64,000 nucleotides of DNA, taken from positions 1 through 64,000 of IMG/VR virus record IMGVR_UViG_3300007352_000013; one strand, given 5' to 3'. The notes below the pieces were generated by a model. That model was not told where the DNA came from and did no database searches. It worked only from the letters and a program-made list of their open reading frames with translations. Below are positions 40,788-51,453 of the stretch, piece by piece. The position numbers and the translations under genes were made by a program. Origin of the DNA: a virus. Numbering within the stretch: the first letter of the stretch is position 1; every line of letters starts with the position of its first letter.

Positions 40788-41262
40788 GGGGATTTATGAT
40801 TAATGCCGAAAATATATGGAATGTAATAATTCAAAATAATCTATGCCATCCAGATGGCAAAGATGTATTTTTTGATTTCTATAATTCTCAAAATAAAAAT
40901 AAAACATTCTCGTATAGGCTTAATTGCCAATTTTTAGGTAGGGGATGTAAGCTTTGGCAAGACAGTAATAGATTATGGATTGATATGTATAGGGAGGATG
41001 TGACTGACGCTAAACAGGCCCTTATAGATAAAGTTAATAAAGAATTAGAATCATTGAAAGGTTAGTGTATGTCGAGTCTTTTGAATAGAAGTGCTTTAAA
41101 AAAATTCATTCTAGCTAAAATAGCCGCGTTGCGTCCCGGAATGGAAAAAAGAATCACTAGAGTTTCTTCTGAAGCATTAGATAATTATGAGGCTAAGTTA
41201 AAAAATTCTATAGAAATAGATATACATAAACACCCAAGTATCGGAAAAACTTTCAAGCCTTA

Positions 41263-41292
41263 AAAATAAAGACCGCAGGGAATATCCTGCGG
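41263..41292 (-). terminator. Intrinsic terminator between convergent genes (T-tract on the minus strand)
   Basis: CCGCAGG-GAATAT-CCTGCGG with AAAAATAAA on its left. Confidence 0.75.
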
Positions 41293-41317
41293 CCTATTAA
41301 AGTATTCGATTTATTTA

Positions 41318-41878
41318 TTAGTTTGTTGGTGCTGGTGTCGGTGCTGGATTTTGATTAAAAATACCTTTGAGTTTTTCGAACAAGGCATTTTTCTGTTCTG
41401 GTGTAAGTGAATTGAATATAGACATAACATTTTCTAGTGGTCCACCAGAGTCTGAACCAGAATTAGATTTTAATGCACCGACTGTTCCGGGAATAATTTG
41501 TGTTATACTTTCGAACGCCTTTTGCCAAGCTTGTGCCTGTGCTATTCCTAGTGCCGTCATGTTATCAGAATATTTATTATATGCATTTTCCATTGCTTTA
41601 ATTTTTTCTACTTGTGATTCTGTAACAGTTGATGCGTCAGAGTTAACATGTGCCTCTAATCTTCCTTTGAAATTCTTATCATCTTTGTCATACTCGCCAT
41701 CAAAAAGTAGGTCGCCTGTAAAATTAGAGCTAGCAGAAGCTTCTAGAGAAGTTCTTGTTTTCTTAAAATGTATTTTTGGTTGTTCTACTCCCATCGCCTG
41801 TGATGGAGGTAGAAATCCAGTAACGCATCCAGATAGAAAGCTTATAAGAACAAAAGATATCAAAGTAAGTTTAATCAT
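41318..41878 (-). CDS. Lipoprotein; the only convincing minus-strand gene
   Basis: Signal II MIKLTLISFVLISFLSG-C lipobox; AGGA RBS; Pro-rich tail; own terminator. Confidence 0.75.
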   Translation of the reverse strand: MIKLTLISFVLISFLSGCVTGFLPPSQAMGVEQPKIHFKKTRTSLEASASSNFTGDLLFDGEYDKDDKNFKGRLEAHVNSDASTVTESQVEKIKAMENAYNKYSDNMTALGIAQAQAWQKAFESITQIIPGTVGALKSNSGSDSGGPLENVMSIFNSLTPEQKNALFEKLKGIFNQNPAPTPAPTN

Positions 41879-41966
41879 TTTTAAATTCCTTAAACAAATA
41901 ACTCATCACAATGTATTATACACAAATACAAATTTAAAGTTTTAATTTAATTTTAAAAGGAACGCT

Positions 41967-43079
41967 ATGATAACAACCTTCGACACTCTTTATTCTTTGA
42001 ATTCAAATGGATCAATCCAAGAGTGGACTATACTTGTAAAAGATAATATTATAATCAAGAGGTATGGTCAATCAAATGGCAAGATACAAGAAACATCAGA
42101 TGTTATTGAAAAAGGTAAAAACATCGGTAAGGCAAATGCAACTACACCGGAACAACAAGCTCTAAAAGAAGCGCAAAGCCAATGGGAGAAAAAACTTAAA
42201 AGTGGATATGTTCTATCCATAGACGATGCAATAAAAGGAAAAGTAAATAAAGAATTCGTAGTCGGAGGTGTTGAGCCAATGCTAGCTAAATCCTTTAAAG
42301 ATTACGAGAATAAAATAGTATATCCTTGTTATTCACAGCCGAAACTAGATGGTCATAGGTGTATTTGTATAGTTAACAATGGAATATGCTCACTTTGGTC
42401 TAGGACAAGAAAGATCATTACAAGCGTCCCACATATTATAGAGACAATTGAAAAAACATTCCCAAATAAAAATATTATCTTGGATGGTGAATTGTATAAC
42501 CATGATTATAAAAATAAATTTGAAGAAATTACTTCATTTATAAGACAACAAACACCAAAAGTTGGATATGAAGTAGTTAAATTTTTCGTATATGATATAG
42601 TAAGCTCAGATAACTTTGAACAAAGAATATTAAATTTAAATAAAATAAAATTTACTAATGATAATATAATAAAAGTAGAAACACGAAAAGTTAATAACTC
42701 AGAAGAATTGATGGATTATTTTATAGAAGATAGAAAAAATGGCTATGAAGGTAGTATGTGTCGAAACGCCATTGGCCCTTATGAACATAAAAGATCTTAT
42801 AATTTACAAAAAATTAAAGATATGCAAGATGATGAATTTGAAATTATAGGAATTGAAAATGGTAGAGGTCGAATGAGCGAGTGTGCAATCTTCGTATGCA
42901 AGACCGTAGAAGGAAAAGAATTTTCTTGTAAAATGCAGGGTAGTTTAGAGGCTTTAAAAATATATTTAGCTAATCCGAAAACTGTAATAGGGAAATTATT
43001 GACTATACAATTTCAGGGATACACGAACGGATCTTTACCTAGATTTCCGATAGGATTAAGAATCAGGAAAGATATTTGA
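41967..43079 (+). CDS. ATP-dependent DNA ligase with N-terminal WGR-like domain
   Basis: PMLAK, QPKLDGHRC (motif I), LDGELY, YDIV, GYEGSM, QKIKD, OB-fold with PRFP. Confidence 0.9.
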   Translation: MITTFDTLYSLNSNGSIQEWTILVKDNIIIKRYGQSNGKIQETSDVIEKGKNIGKANATTPEQQALKEAQSQWEKKLKSGYVLSIDDAIKGKVNKEFVVGGVEPMLAKSFKDYENKIVYPCYSQPKLDGHRCICIVNNGICSLWSRTRKIITSVPHIIETIEKTFPNKNIILDGELYNHDYKNKFEEITSFIRQQTPKVGYEVVKFFVYDIVSSDNFEQRILNLNKIKFTNDNIIKVETRKVNNSEELMDYFIEDRKNGYEGSMCRNAIGPYEHKRSYNLQKIKDMQDDEFEIIGIENGRGRMSECAIFVCKTVEGKEFSCKMQGSLEALKIYLANPKTVIGKLLTIQFQGYTNGSLPRFPIGLRIRKDI

Positions 43080-43080
43080 C

Positions 43081-43734
43081 ATGAGTAAATTTTTAGATTT
43101 AACTGGACAAAAGTTTAATAGATTAACAGTCAAGCGTAGAGTAATTAATTCGAAAAATGGAAGATCTATGTGGTCGTGTATGTGTAACTGTGGTGAAGAA
43201 AAAATAGTTAGCGGCCATGATCTTAAATGCGGAGATACCAAAAGTTGCGGTTGTCTGAAAAAAGAATCTACAATCATAAATAATAAAGTTCGCAAAACAA
43301 TACATGGACATTGTAAATATAATGTGGAATCTAGAACCTATAGAATATGGTCCAGTATGCTCAATAGATGTTATAATAAGAAAAATATAGGTTATAAAAA
43401 TTATGGTCAAAGAGGAATAACGGTATGTGATAGGTGGAATCCTAAGACTGGTGGTTCTTTTGAAAATTTTCTTAAAGACATTGGAGAAATCCCAAAAGCA
43501 TTAACATTAGACAGAAAGAATAATAACATTGGGTATTCCCCAGAAAATTGTAAGTTATCAACTCCAAAAGAACAAAACAGAAATATGAGAACTAATGTAA
43601 ATTATACTTACAATAATAAAACTCAGTGTCGTATAGATTGGGCTAATGAATATGGAATGAGTTATCAAACTCTGACATACAGATTAGATGTATTGGGCTG
43701 GTCGATAGAAAAGACATTAACAACCCCCAGTTAG
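43081..43734 (+). mobile_element. Free-standing HNH homing-endonuclease-like gene
   Basis: DLTGQKFNRLTV, CMCNCG, SCGC, MLNRC, YGQRGITVCDRW, TLDRKNNNIGYSPENC. Confidence 0.8.
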
Positions 43735-44426
43735 AAAACATAAAAAATATAGAAAGAATAAAATATGAACTGGAAAAAGAAAATACAATTAAAACACATA
43801 ATATGTTCAAGACCAGAATTAATGCCAGAAGATGATGTTCCGACTAATATTATAGAAGAAATTTGTGAAATATTGGAAAAAGAAGATGAATTAAAAATAT
43901 TCTGTGATGATCTGAGATATTGTAATTTGGTTTGTGAGTTTAATGATGTACTAGAAGATATATATGATTATTGTGATAATAATGGAATTTGGTTAGGATA
44001 AAATATGAATAAAATAAGAATGAAAGTCACTATAACTGGTTTTTATGATGCCGACCCACGATGGTATCCTGAGAATTCTTCGCCAGAAGACATGTGTAAA
44101 GTTGATGTAAACAATGGCATAGATGCAATATTAGATTGTGTAGATCAAAATACATTAGAACTTAAAATTGAACCAGTTGGAGAATAATATGAAAGCATAC
44201 ATAGCAACAGTAATAATAGAAATGCCAATATACGCAGAAAATGAAAAAGAAGCAACAAAAGTAGCAGAAAAATTCTTTATAGAAGAAGTAAAGGCATGTC
44301 CTCCCGCTGACTTAGATTTTTCTATAAAACCAATGAATAGATGCCCAGATGGATCAAACCATTCAGAATCTTGTTGGTCTAGCAAAGAAGATGAAACAAT
44401 AAGTATTTTAGAAGGAATTAATTTAA

Positions 44427-44861
44427 ATGGTGCTTGAAATAATTAAATATCCCCATAAGATTTTGAGTGCAAAATGCGAGTCTGTAGAATTTCCATTAAC
44501 TGATGAAATAGAGCAACTATGCAAAGATTTAAAAGAAACTTGCATCCATCATAATGGTCTTGGATTAGCAGCCCCACAAGTTGGATACGATTTAAGAATT
44601 TTTGTATTCAATAAAGAAGAAATAATTATCAATCCTATAATAATAGCGGGATCGAGTAAGATATGGTCAGAAGAATCTTGCTTATCTATTCCGAATGCAT
44701 CCTTTAAGGTTAGAAGATGGGAAGAAATAACTGTTGCATATTATAATATTGAAGGTAAGATTATAAACGATTTAATCCTTAAAGGGTTAGAATCTGTTAT
44801 TTTCCAGCATGAATTTGATCATCTTAAAGGGATTCTTATAAAGGATAAAGAGATTAAATAA
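44427..44861 (+). CDS. def: Peptide deformylase
   Basis: GLGLAAPQVG, ESCLSIP, QHEFDHLKG. Confidence 0.92.
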   Translation: MVLEIIKYPHKILSAKCESVEFPLTDEIEQLCKDLKETCIHHNGLGLAAPQVGYDLRIFVFNKEEIIINPIIIAGSSKIWSEESCLSIPNASFKVRRWEEITVAYYNIEGKIINDLILKGLESVIFQHEFDHLKGILIKDKEIK

Positions 44862-45058
44862 TGGAAACTAAAAAATAAATAAAAAAACGTGTTAATAAAG
44901 AAAATAAATTGCGTAGAAAAAAATCGAATGATATTTACAAAAAACAAATAAAATGCTTCTGGACGTGGCCGTTTGGTCATATCTATATATATGGTAGTTT
45001 TGGACTCGGCAAATGTACTATTTGTAAAAAAGAAAAATATTCAGGAAGATATATATAG
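44861..45058 (+). pseudogene. Zn-ribbon microprotein gene with an in-frame TAA at codon 6
   Basis: ATG overlaps the def stop; reads METKK*IKKRV...CFWTWPFGH...CTIC. Confidence 0.45.
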
Positions 45059-45064
45059 GTTAAA

Positions 45065-45568
45065 ATGCCAAAGAAAAATAAAAAAATAAGGCAGAAAATA
45101 AAACAAGAGAAAGAACAAAAACACGAAAAGACATTTGCGCCACAACCGAAAGTCTTAGCTATCCTAATAGGACTTCCGGGTTCTGGTAAATCTTATTACG
45201 CACAACATTGTTTAAATAATTATTATAGAATATCTCAAGATGAATTTGGTAGGTTTCCGCATTATAAAAAATTTCTTCAACTTCTAATAGAAGGATGCTC
45301 TAGGATTTGTATAGATAGAGTTAATTTTGATAGATTTCAAAGATTAAGATACGTTCTACCGGCAGAATATTTCAGATATAAAATAGTATATTATCATTTT
45401 ATGGCATCTGAAGAACAATGTTTGAAAAGAATGGCCACTAGACAAAATCATCCTACAATCAATCCAAGAGATACTGAAAAACATAAAGAAATAATAAATA
45501 GATTCAAAAAAGAATTTCATCCCATAGAAGATTTTGAGTGTGACGAATATATAGAGGTAAAGACATAA
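45065..45568 (+). CDS. P-loop kinase (polynucleotide kinase/AAA_33-like)
   Basis: LIGLPGSGKS, RISQDE, IDRVN, CLKRMATRQNHP. Confidence 0.8.
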   Translation: MPKKNKKIRQKIKQEKEQKHEKTFAPQPKVLAILIGLPGSGKSYYAQHCLNNYYRISQDEFGRFPHYKKFLQLLIEGCSRICIDRVNFDRFQRLRYVLPAEYFRYKIVYYHFMASEEQCLKRMATRQNHPTINPRDTEKHKEIINRFKKEFHPIEDFECDEYIEVKT

Positions 45569-45635
45569 GAATGATATTTGGGTTATCCGATCTATTTTTA
45601 GATAAATCGAAAGAGTATTTTTCACCCCTAAAAGG

Positions 45636-45723
45636 GAGTTGGATCAATAGGCTGACTCAGTTACTCTTAGATTTGCTGTACGTCACAGGGTACTAAGTGC
45701 GTCTGCCAACAGCCGGATAACTC
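45636..45723 (+). ncRNA. Candidate long irregular hairpin RNA (unassigned)
   Basis: Nested pairings GAGTT/AACTC, GGCTG/CAGCC, CTTAG/CTAAG, CTGT/ACAG in an intergenic GC-richer island. Confidence 0.35.
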
Positions 45724-46722
45724 AAATATTTTTTGGAGAATATATGTATAAAAATTGTGATTTCCCGACAGATTTGTTAAATCGTATAAAAGATTTAGAC
45801 TCACATGCACCAGATGCATCGTGGAATGAGCAAATTAAAACACAAAAGATCAATAGTATAGGTTTCCTAGAAAACGCAAGAATCCTTATACCACAAATTA
45901 TAAGATCAATTGATCCAAATTATAGAAAATAAGGAGCTAAAAATGATATTGGGTGGATCGTTATGGGTTGCTGCCGCTCTTATGTGGCAATGTTGGACTG
46001 GACCATTAGTTAGACCAGACTGGGAAAGACCCAAAACTCCAAAAGATCCGGAGTGGGAATGCTGGTTTCATACAGATTATCACGATGATGGAGATACAGA
46101 TTTGAGAGATTGGTCTTATTTTCAAAATGACACAAAAAGATTTGATACAAAATAATATATGATATATTATGTAGTAAAATTATTTTGTACCAATTCACAA
46201 TATAAAGGATGAGAATTACAGAAATTAGAAACTTTGAAAGGATTTTCGCGTGCCTAATTATAAAAAAGAAATTGAAACATATCGCTGTGGAGATTTATTT
46301 AAATTTGGAAATCATAAAGAAATTTATATTTTATCCCAAACTGGATATGGTTGTGGAATGATGGTTGGACTATATGATAGTTCTAATAGAATAGCTATTA
46401 CAGGAGAACGTCCAATCTTTTTTAAAAAGGGGTTGAATGAAATTTCTCAAGAAGAAATAAATAATCTTGTAGAATCTGCGGAAAACACATTTGGAAAAAT
46501 TCAGTGCATTGGAAATATTAGTGAATTTGAATTAATAAAGAAAGAGAATATTAATGTTAACTAAAGAAATTTTAATTATCTTGGATGAATTAAAAACAGA
46601 TATTCCAGAATTTGAAGCATTAGAAAGTATATCTCCAAGATTGGTAACAGATATAGCATATTGGATTAATGAGGATAGAATACATCATTCAAAGAAAGTC
46701 AGAAAAATAGGGGTCTTCAATA

Positions 46723-47136
46723 ATGCAAGAACTAAAATTAGTAGAACAGCAAGATAAATATGGTTGTACTATAGCTTGTATGGCGATGGTTTTAGGTAAA
46801 AAGTATTTCGAAATGAGACAATTGCTTCTGGAAAACGGTTTTTTAAAAATAAGTATCGAACCAGAATATATTGGTTACTTCGAGGATGAAATCCCAATAA
46901 TATTATCTAAATTTGAAATTAAATCAAAATATATTCCATTCGACGGATTAAATAAATTACAAAATAATTGTATATTATCGTTAATTAGAAGTGAACCAGA
47001 CAATAGAGGATATCCATTATGGAAACATTCAGTTGTATATGATACCAAAAACAAGAAAATACTAGATCCTGCAAATCAGATTAATAATTTGGAAAAATGG
47101 CGAATAAACGTAGAATATTGTTTGGAAATAGCATGA
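46723..47136 (+). CDS. C39-like papain-fold cysteine peptidase
   Basis: QQDKYGCTIACMAM (Q..C), HSVVYD (H), ILDP (D). Confidence 0.65.
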   Translation: MQELKLVEQQDKYGCTIACMAMVLGKKYFEMRQLLLENGFLKISIEPEYIGYFEDEIPIILSKFEIKSKYIPFDGLNKLQNNCILSLIRSEPDNRGYPLWKHSVVYDTKNKKILDPANQINNLEKWRINVEYCLEIA

Positions 47137-49019
47137 GAAAACTAGCTAATATTTTAGACTTATCACATATTAAAAATAAAAGATTCATAATCATTGGAGA
47201 CCAACATGGCTGTTACGATCAATTATTAAATCTTCTCACTAAATGCAATTACAATAAAAAAACTGATGTAATAGTTGGTTGTGGTGATATGGTTGACCGT
47301 GGCGATAAGTCATACGAAGTTATTAAGTTCTTTCAACCAGATAATCCTCATGAAGAACACAATATTTTTACTGTCATGGGGAATCATGACGATAAATTTA
47401 AACGATATTTACTGGGAAATAAGATAACCATCGGCAAAGCACTGCAAAAGAGTGTCGATGAATTTTCAATTAAGTGTCCCGATTTAATAGAAAGAGCGTC
47501 AATAGCTCTATGGCTCAGTAATTTGCCACACATAATACGTTTACCAGATTTATTAGATAGGCCATGCTATATTGTCCACGCTGGTATTGATACTAGATAT
47601 CCAATTGATCAACAATCTCAAGAAACATGCATTTACATAAGAGGAATAAATCCTAAAAATTTCTTTGATGAAAGTGCTGGCCTTTGGTATGATACTCTTG
47701 ATGGATCATATTATATCTTGAGTGGTCACATAAGTTCTAAGGTAGTAAATCCCGTTCCTTGGAACTTTTCTCTAGACGCGGGTTGCGCATCTGGAGGTAA
47801 GTTAAGAGCGATGGTTATAGAAAATAACAAATATGAGATAGTAGAGGTTGATGGATTTATGAGAAATTGTCAAATTCCAAAAGAATTTAGAGTTCAAGAA
47901 GGAATAGATGGAGAAAGATTAATTACTCCGGGTTTCGCAGTTTCTAACTCTGCATGGAAAGCAGAAGAACATCTTTGGTTGCGTTCGCTTCATATAGATA
48001 AAAATGACGAAGTTATTTCTTGTGGATTCCCTAAGTTTTTTAACATGGGGGATGGACCTAGAGAATTCCAAATAACGCAAGATAATTTGCTTGACCAGAT
48101 AGATAGGGGTAAGCCGTTGCTTGCGACTCTAAAAATAGACGGCTCCCTTCTTATAAGGTTCGTCCATAATGGAAAAGTTAGATTTAGGACAAGGGGTTCA
48201 ATGGAAGTTGGCCTAGACAATAAAGACGAAATAGAGGAATTTCTTATAAAATATCCTAAACTAGCCGATCCAACTTATTATCCAACTATGTCTTTATTAT
48301 TTGAATGGACCAGCCCAAAAAATCAAATAGTTATAAAATACGATATACCAGAACTTACACTAGTAGGTGCTGTTCTTCACGGCAAAGGCATAAAATGGTA
48401 TGATACCGAATTTGATTTAATAGACATTAATGGTCTTAAAAAGATATCAGAAGATACAGGAATATCTTGTGTCCAGCATTTTAATTTGAAAAATAGAGTA
48501 GATGTATTAGATCTAATAGAAAAGTTAAAAGCAGAAAAAGAGATTGAAGGTTATGTAATAAGAATGAATAATGACCAAGATATGGTTAAGGTTAAAAGTG
48601 ATAATTATTTTATTCTGCATGCGTTGAAATCGAATCTGAACACAGAATCTCTTATTGATCTAATTTTATCTTGGAATTTAGGACATGACTATAATTTATT
48701 TAAAGAAAAATTCATAGCGTCATATGATTATGAAACTTGGACAGTTGCTTTACCCGCTGTTTCTTCAATATTCGATGGATTTAAGCATGCATCTAATATA
48801 GGATTACATATAAATAGATTCGTCGATGAAAATAGAGATAAACCAAGAAAAGAATTTGCTTTATTAGCGCAGCAAAAATATTCTGGAGAAAAGTTATCGG
48901 CATGTTTCTCTTTACTTGACAATAAACCAATACATAAAAATGCTTTCAAGACGTGGGTGCTTCAGAATTGTAAACAGTACGAATTTAGTATGTTTAAAAA
49001 GGAAATTAAAAATGACTAA
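47133..49019 (+). CDS. Metallophosphoesterase - Rnl1-type RNA ligase fusion
   Basis: GDQHG, GDMVDRG, GNHD, HAG, LDAGCASGG; then KIDGS (motif I), FEWTSPKNQIVIKY, EGYVI, KVKSDNY. Confidence 0.85.
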   Translation: MRKLANILDLSHIKNKRFIIIGDQHGCYDQLLNLLTKCNYNKKTDVIVGCGDMVDRGDKSYEVIKFFQPDNPHEEHNIFTVMGNHDDKFKRYLLGNKITIGKALQKSVDEFSIKCPDLIERASIALWLSNLPHIIRLPDLLDRPCYIVHAGIDTRYPIDQQSQETCIYIRGINPKNFFDESAGLWYDTLDGSYYILSGHISSKVVNPVPWNFSLDAGCASGGKLRAMVIENNKYEIVEVDGFMRNCQIPKEFRVQEGIDGERLITPGFAVSNSAWKAEEHLWLRSLHIDKNDEVISCGFPKFFNMGDGPREFQITQDNLLDQIDRGKPLLATLKIDGSLLIRFVHNGKVRFRTRGSMEVGLDNKDEIEEFLIKYPKLADPTYYPTMSLLFEWTSPKNQIVIKYDIPELTLVGAVLHGKGIKWYDTEFDLIDINGLKKISEDTGISCVQHFNLKNRVDVLDLIEKLKAEKEIEGYVIRMNNDQDMVKVKSDNYFILHALKSNLNTESLIDLILSWNLGHDYNLFKEKFIASYDYETWTVALPAVSSIFDGFKHASNIGLHINRFVDENRDKPRKEFALLAQQKYSGEKLSACFSLLDNKPIHKNAFKTWVLQNCKQYEFSMFKKEIKND

Positions 49020-50392
49020 GAAAGATTTTATATCATTAGCTGATACATTCAAGCAATGTCCAGAATTACATAACACAAAATATTTGCTAAACATGGCTGA
49101 TGATCTTGAAAAGAGATATTCAAAATTCAATAAAAAATTATGGCTTGCCTATATACGTGGTGAATGTGGATCAAATGGTGGTAAGATAAAAAATGAAAAT
49201 AAGTCGTAAATTTGCAATAGAAATAGAAAGATTCGAAAGATTTTCTACCGTACAACCATTTACTAGAACAGAAGAAGGATTACGACAATTTTTCTTTAAA
49301 GAGAGCAGAGGAATTATTCCTGAGAATCCCGATCCATATTACGAAATTTTACTAGACGGTAAAAGATGGTGGGAATGGACATTAAATTATATAGCAGAAC
49401 AATATACAAGCAAAGATATGTGGTTTGGATGGGCTATCTTAAAAGAAGATTATAAAAATGATCCAAACGGATATAAACAAATAAGGCAAAGAGTCAAGCC
49501 AATAGCTAAAAAATACTCTTTAAGATTTAATATCAAAGATGAAGATTTTGAAAAAATCTGGAGAGAAAATGATTAAGTGTAAAAAACATCCAAAGTATAA
49601 GGCTAAATATAAGCCAAGAGCAAAATGTCCAACATGTGAAAGAATCTTTAGAGAGAAGATTGTATCCATAATAATGCAAAGATGTTTAGAGATACCAAAC
49701 TTTGAAACTAAAAAGTTTATGATACCGGATGATTTATTGCGATATATTCCAAAATAAGAAATGCTGTAGAATTAACTTATAGAGTAGCTAAGTCTGATTT
49801 AAGTAATACTTCATTTAATGAATTTTGGATTAATAAGGATTAAAGTAAAATGAGACTAAAACTTAAGAAGAATTCATCAATTAGAAAAAATGGACTTTAT
49901 GATTTAGAAAATATTTTTGGAGATTGTAGTGGTCACGGATATGGATTCGGAGGGGAAGATATAGAGTGGTATATTGAACATAATAATAAGTTTTATAAAA
50001 CTTTACAAATATATAGAGAAGAAGATGAACTTTCAATATACGTGCAAGAAATCTATAGAAACGGAATTGTAAAAAATCTAAACAAGAATAATATACCCAA
50101 AGTTTGGCAAAATAAATTTAATAAATTTGTTAAAGAACATTGTCTTAAATAAAGTGAAAATGTATAAAATACAGATACAAAACATAGTCTATTAAAATTC
50201 AGTAAATTGCGCAGGTTGAACGATGAAACAAAAAGCTGTAATATCACAAAACCGACAGAATAAATTAATGGCGCAATTGTTTGGAATTTTTAGAACCCTT
50301 AAAAAGCTAGTGGCGTATAAGTAGGTAACATATTGTACGAAAGTTTATGCATTACTAAGAAGGATCAAAATGCATGACAAGGAATGGAAACA

Positions 50393-50680
50393 CTTGAGCT
50401 ATTCAAGAAGAACGAGTCCTGTAAAATTTCAACAGCAGAAAGGATTGCGCGATTTATCGCCCTGTGTGCCAGTTGAGCCGCTTGTAATGGGCGGCGATAG
50501 GTGCAGGATAAGCCAACTCGTCAGCGACGAAAAATCCATAGGTACTGTATCCCGCTCAGTACGTTGGTCCGAGAAAGCAAGGAATAGCGTAGGCAAGTTC
50601 GTACAAGATAATTATAGTATATCTTTCTATATATAAGAAAGAAAATACTAAACTTAATAGGATATTAAGTTTGATAGGTA
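50393..50680. other. Large non-coding structured region (candidate ncRNA and/or origin)
   Basis: At least seven short perfect hairpins, GC-rich block followed by AT-rich palindromes; the 88-aa ORF here lacks an RBS and protein-like composition. Confidence 0.45.
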
Positions 50681-51453
50681 AAAGAGGCGGGTTGCGCGCT
50701 AAATTAAAAAAATAAATTCAAATACGTGCTGATGCACGTTAGCAAGACAGAAAACATTTTATTTGGATTAATTATAATAGGAGATAAAATTTTATTTTTG
50801 TGTTTTGTTTGTTGGGTATTTTTCTTAGTAATTTCTTATCGTAATAAAGGTGCCAAATGAAAAAACTATCTGCTAATTATAAAAGAAAGATTGTAATGAT
50901 ACCAGAATTAAGTAATTTGGATTTGATTCAACAGTATCAAAGTTCATCTTATGATTTAGATCGTAACATGACAGAAACTGGTTTACCTTTCGATGATATA
51001 TTAAAATATAATATAGAACTAGAAGAAGAAATTCTTAGGAGAATGAATTAAGATGGATAGAGGAATGAAGACGGTCAATATACAAAAACAAAAAGATATT
51101 CATTTCGAACTTTCTGATCGTGAAATATTATTATCTTTTGTTAACGATGATGATTCTATATTATTTGAAGAATGGTGGAAAGTAGAAGGTTCTTCTATAT
51201 TTGAAGATTATCTTCAAAATCAAAAAGAGTTATAAAATGAAATGTTGTTTTTGTTTTGATAATATAAATAAATCTGAAGTGTTTTATAAATTAATTCCAT
51301 GTTACATAAAAAATGATGAAACACAATATATAAATTGCAATAATGATATAGCATGTCACGAAAAATGTATTGCGAATAACAATAATGATAAAAAACAAAC
51401 ACAAGATAATTCGGTTAAAAGAAATACTATATTAGATTCTTTGGTAAATTAGA

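Noticed and set aside
50190-50620. Group I intron or RNase P/tmRNA/SRP identity for the structured block
   Set aside because: Only vague P/Q-like words; no R/S (P7) elements, no GAGGAAAGUCC, no tRNA-like tmRNA ends and no SRP GGAA core
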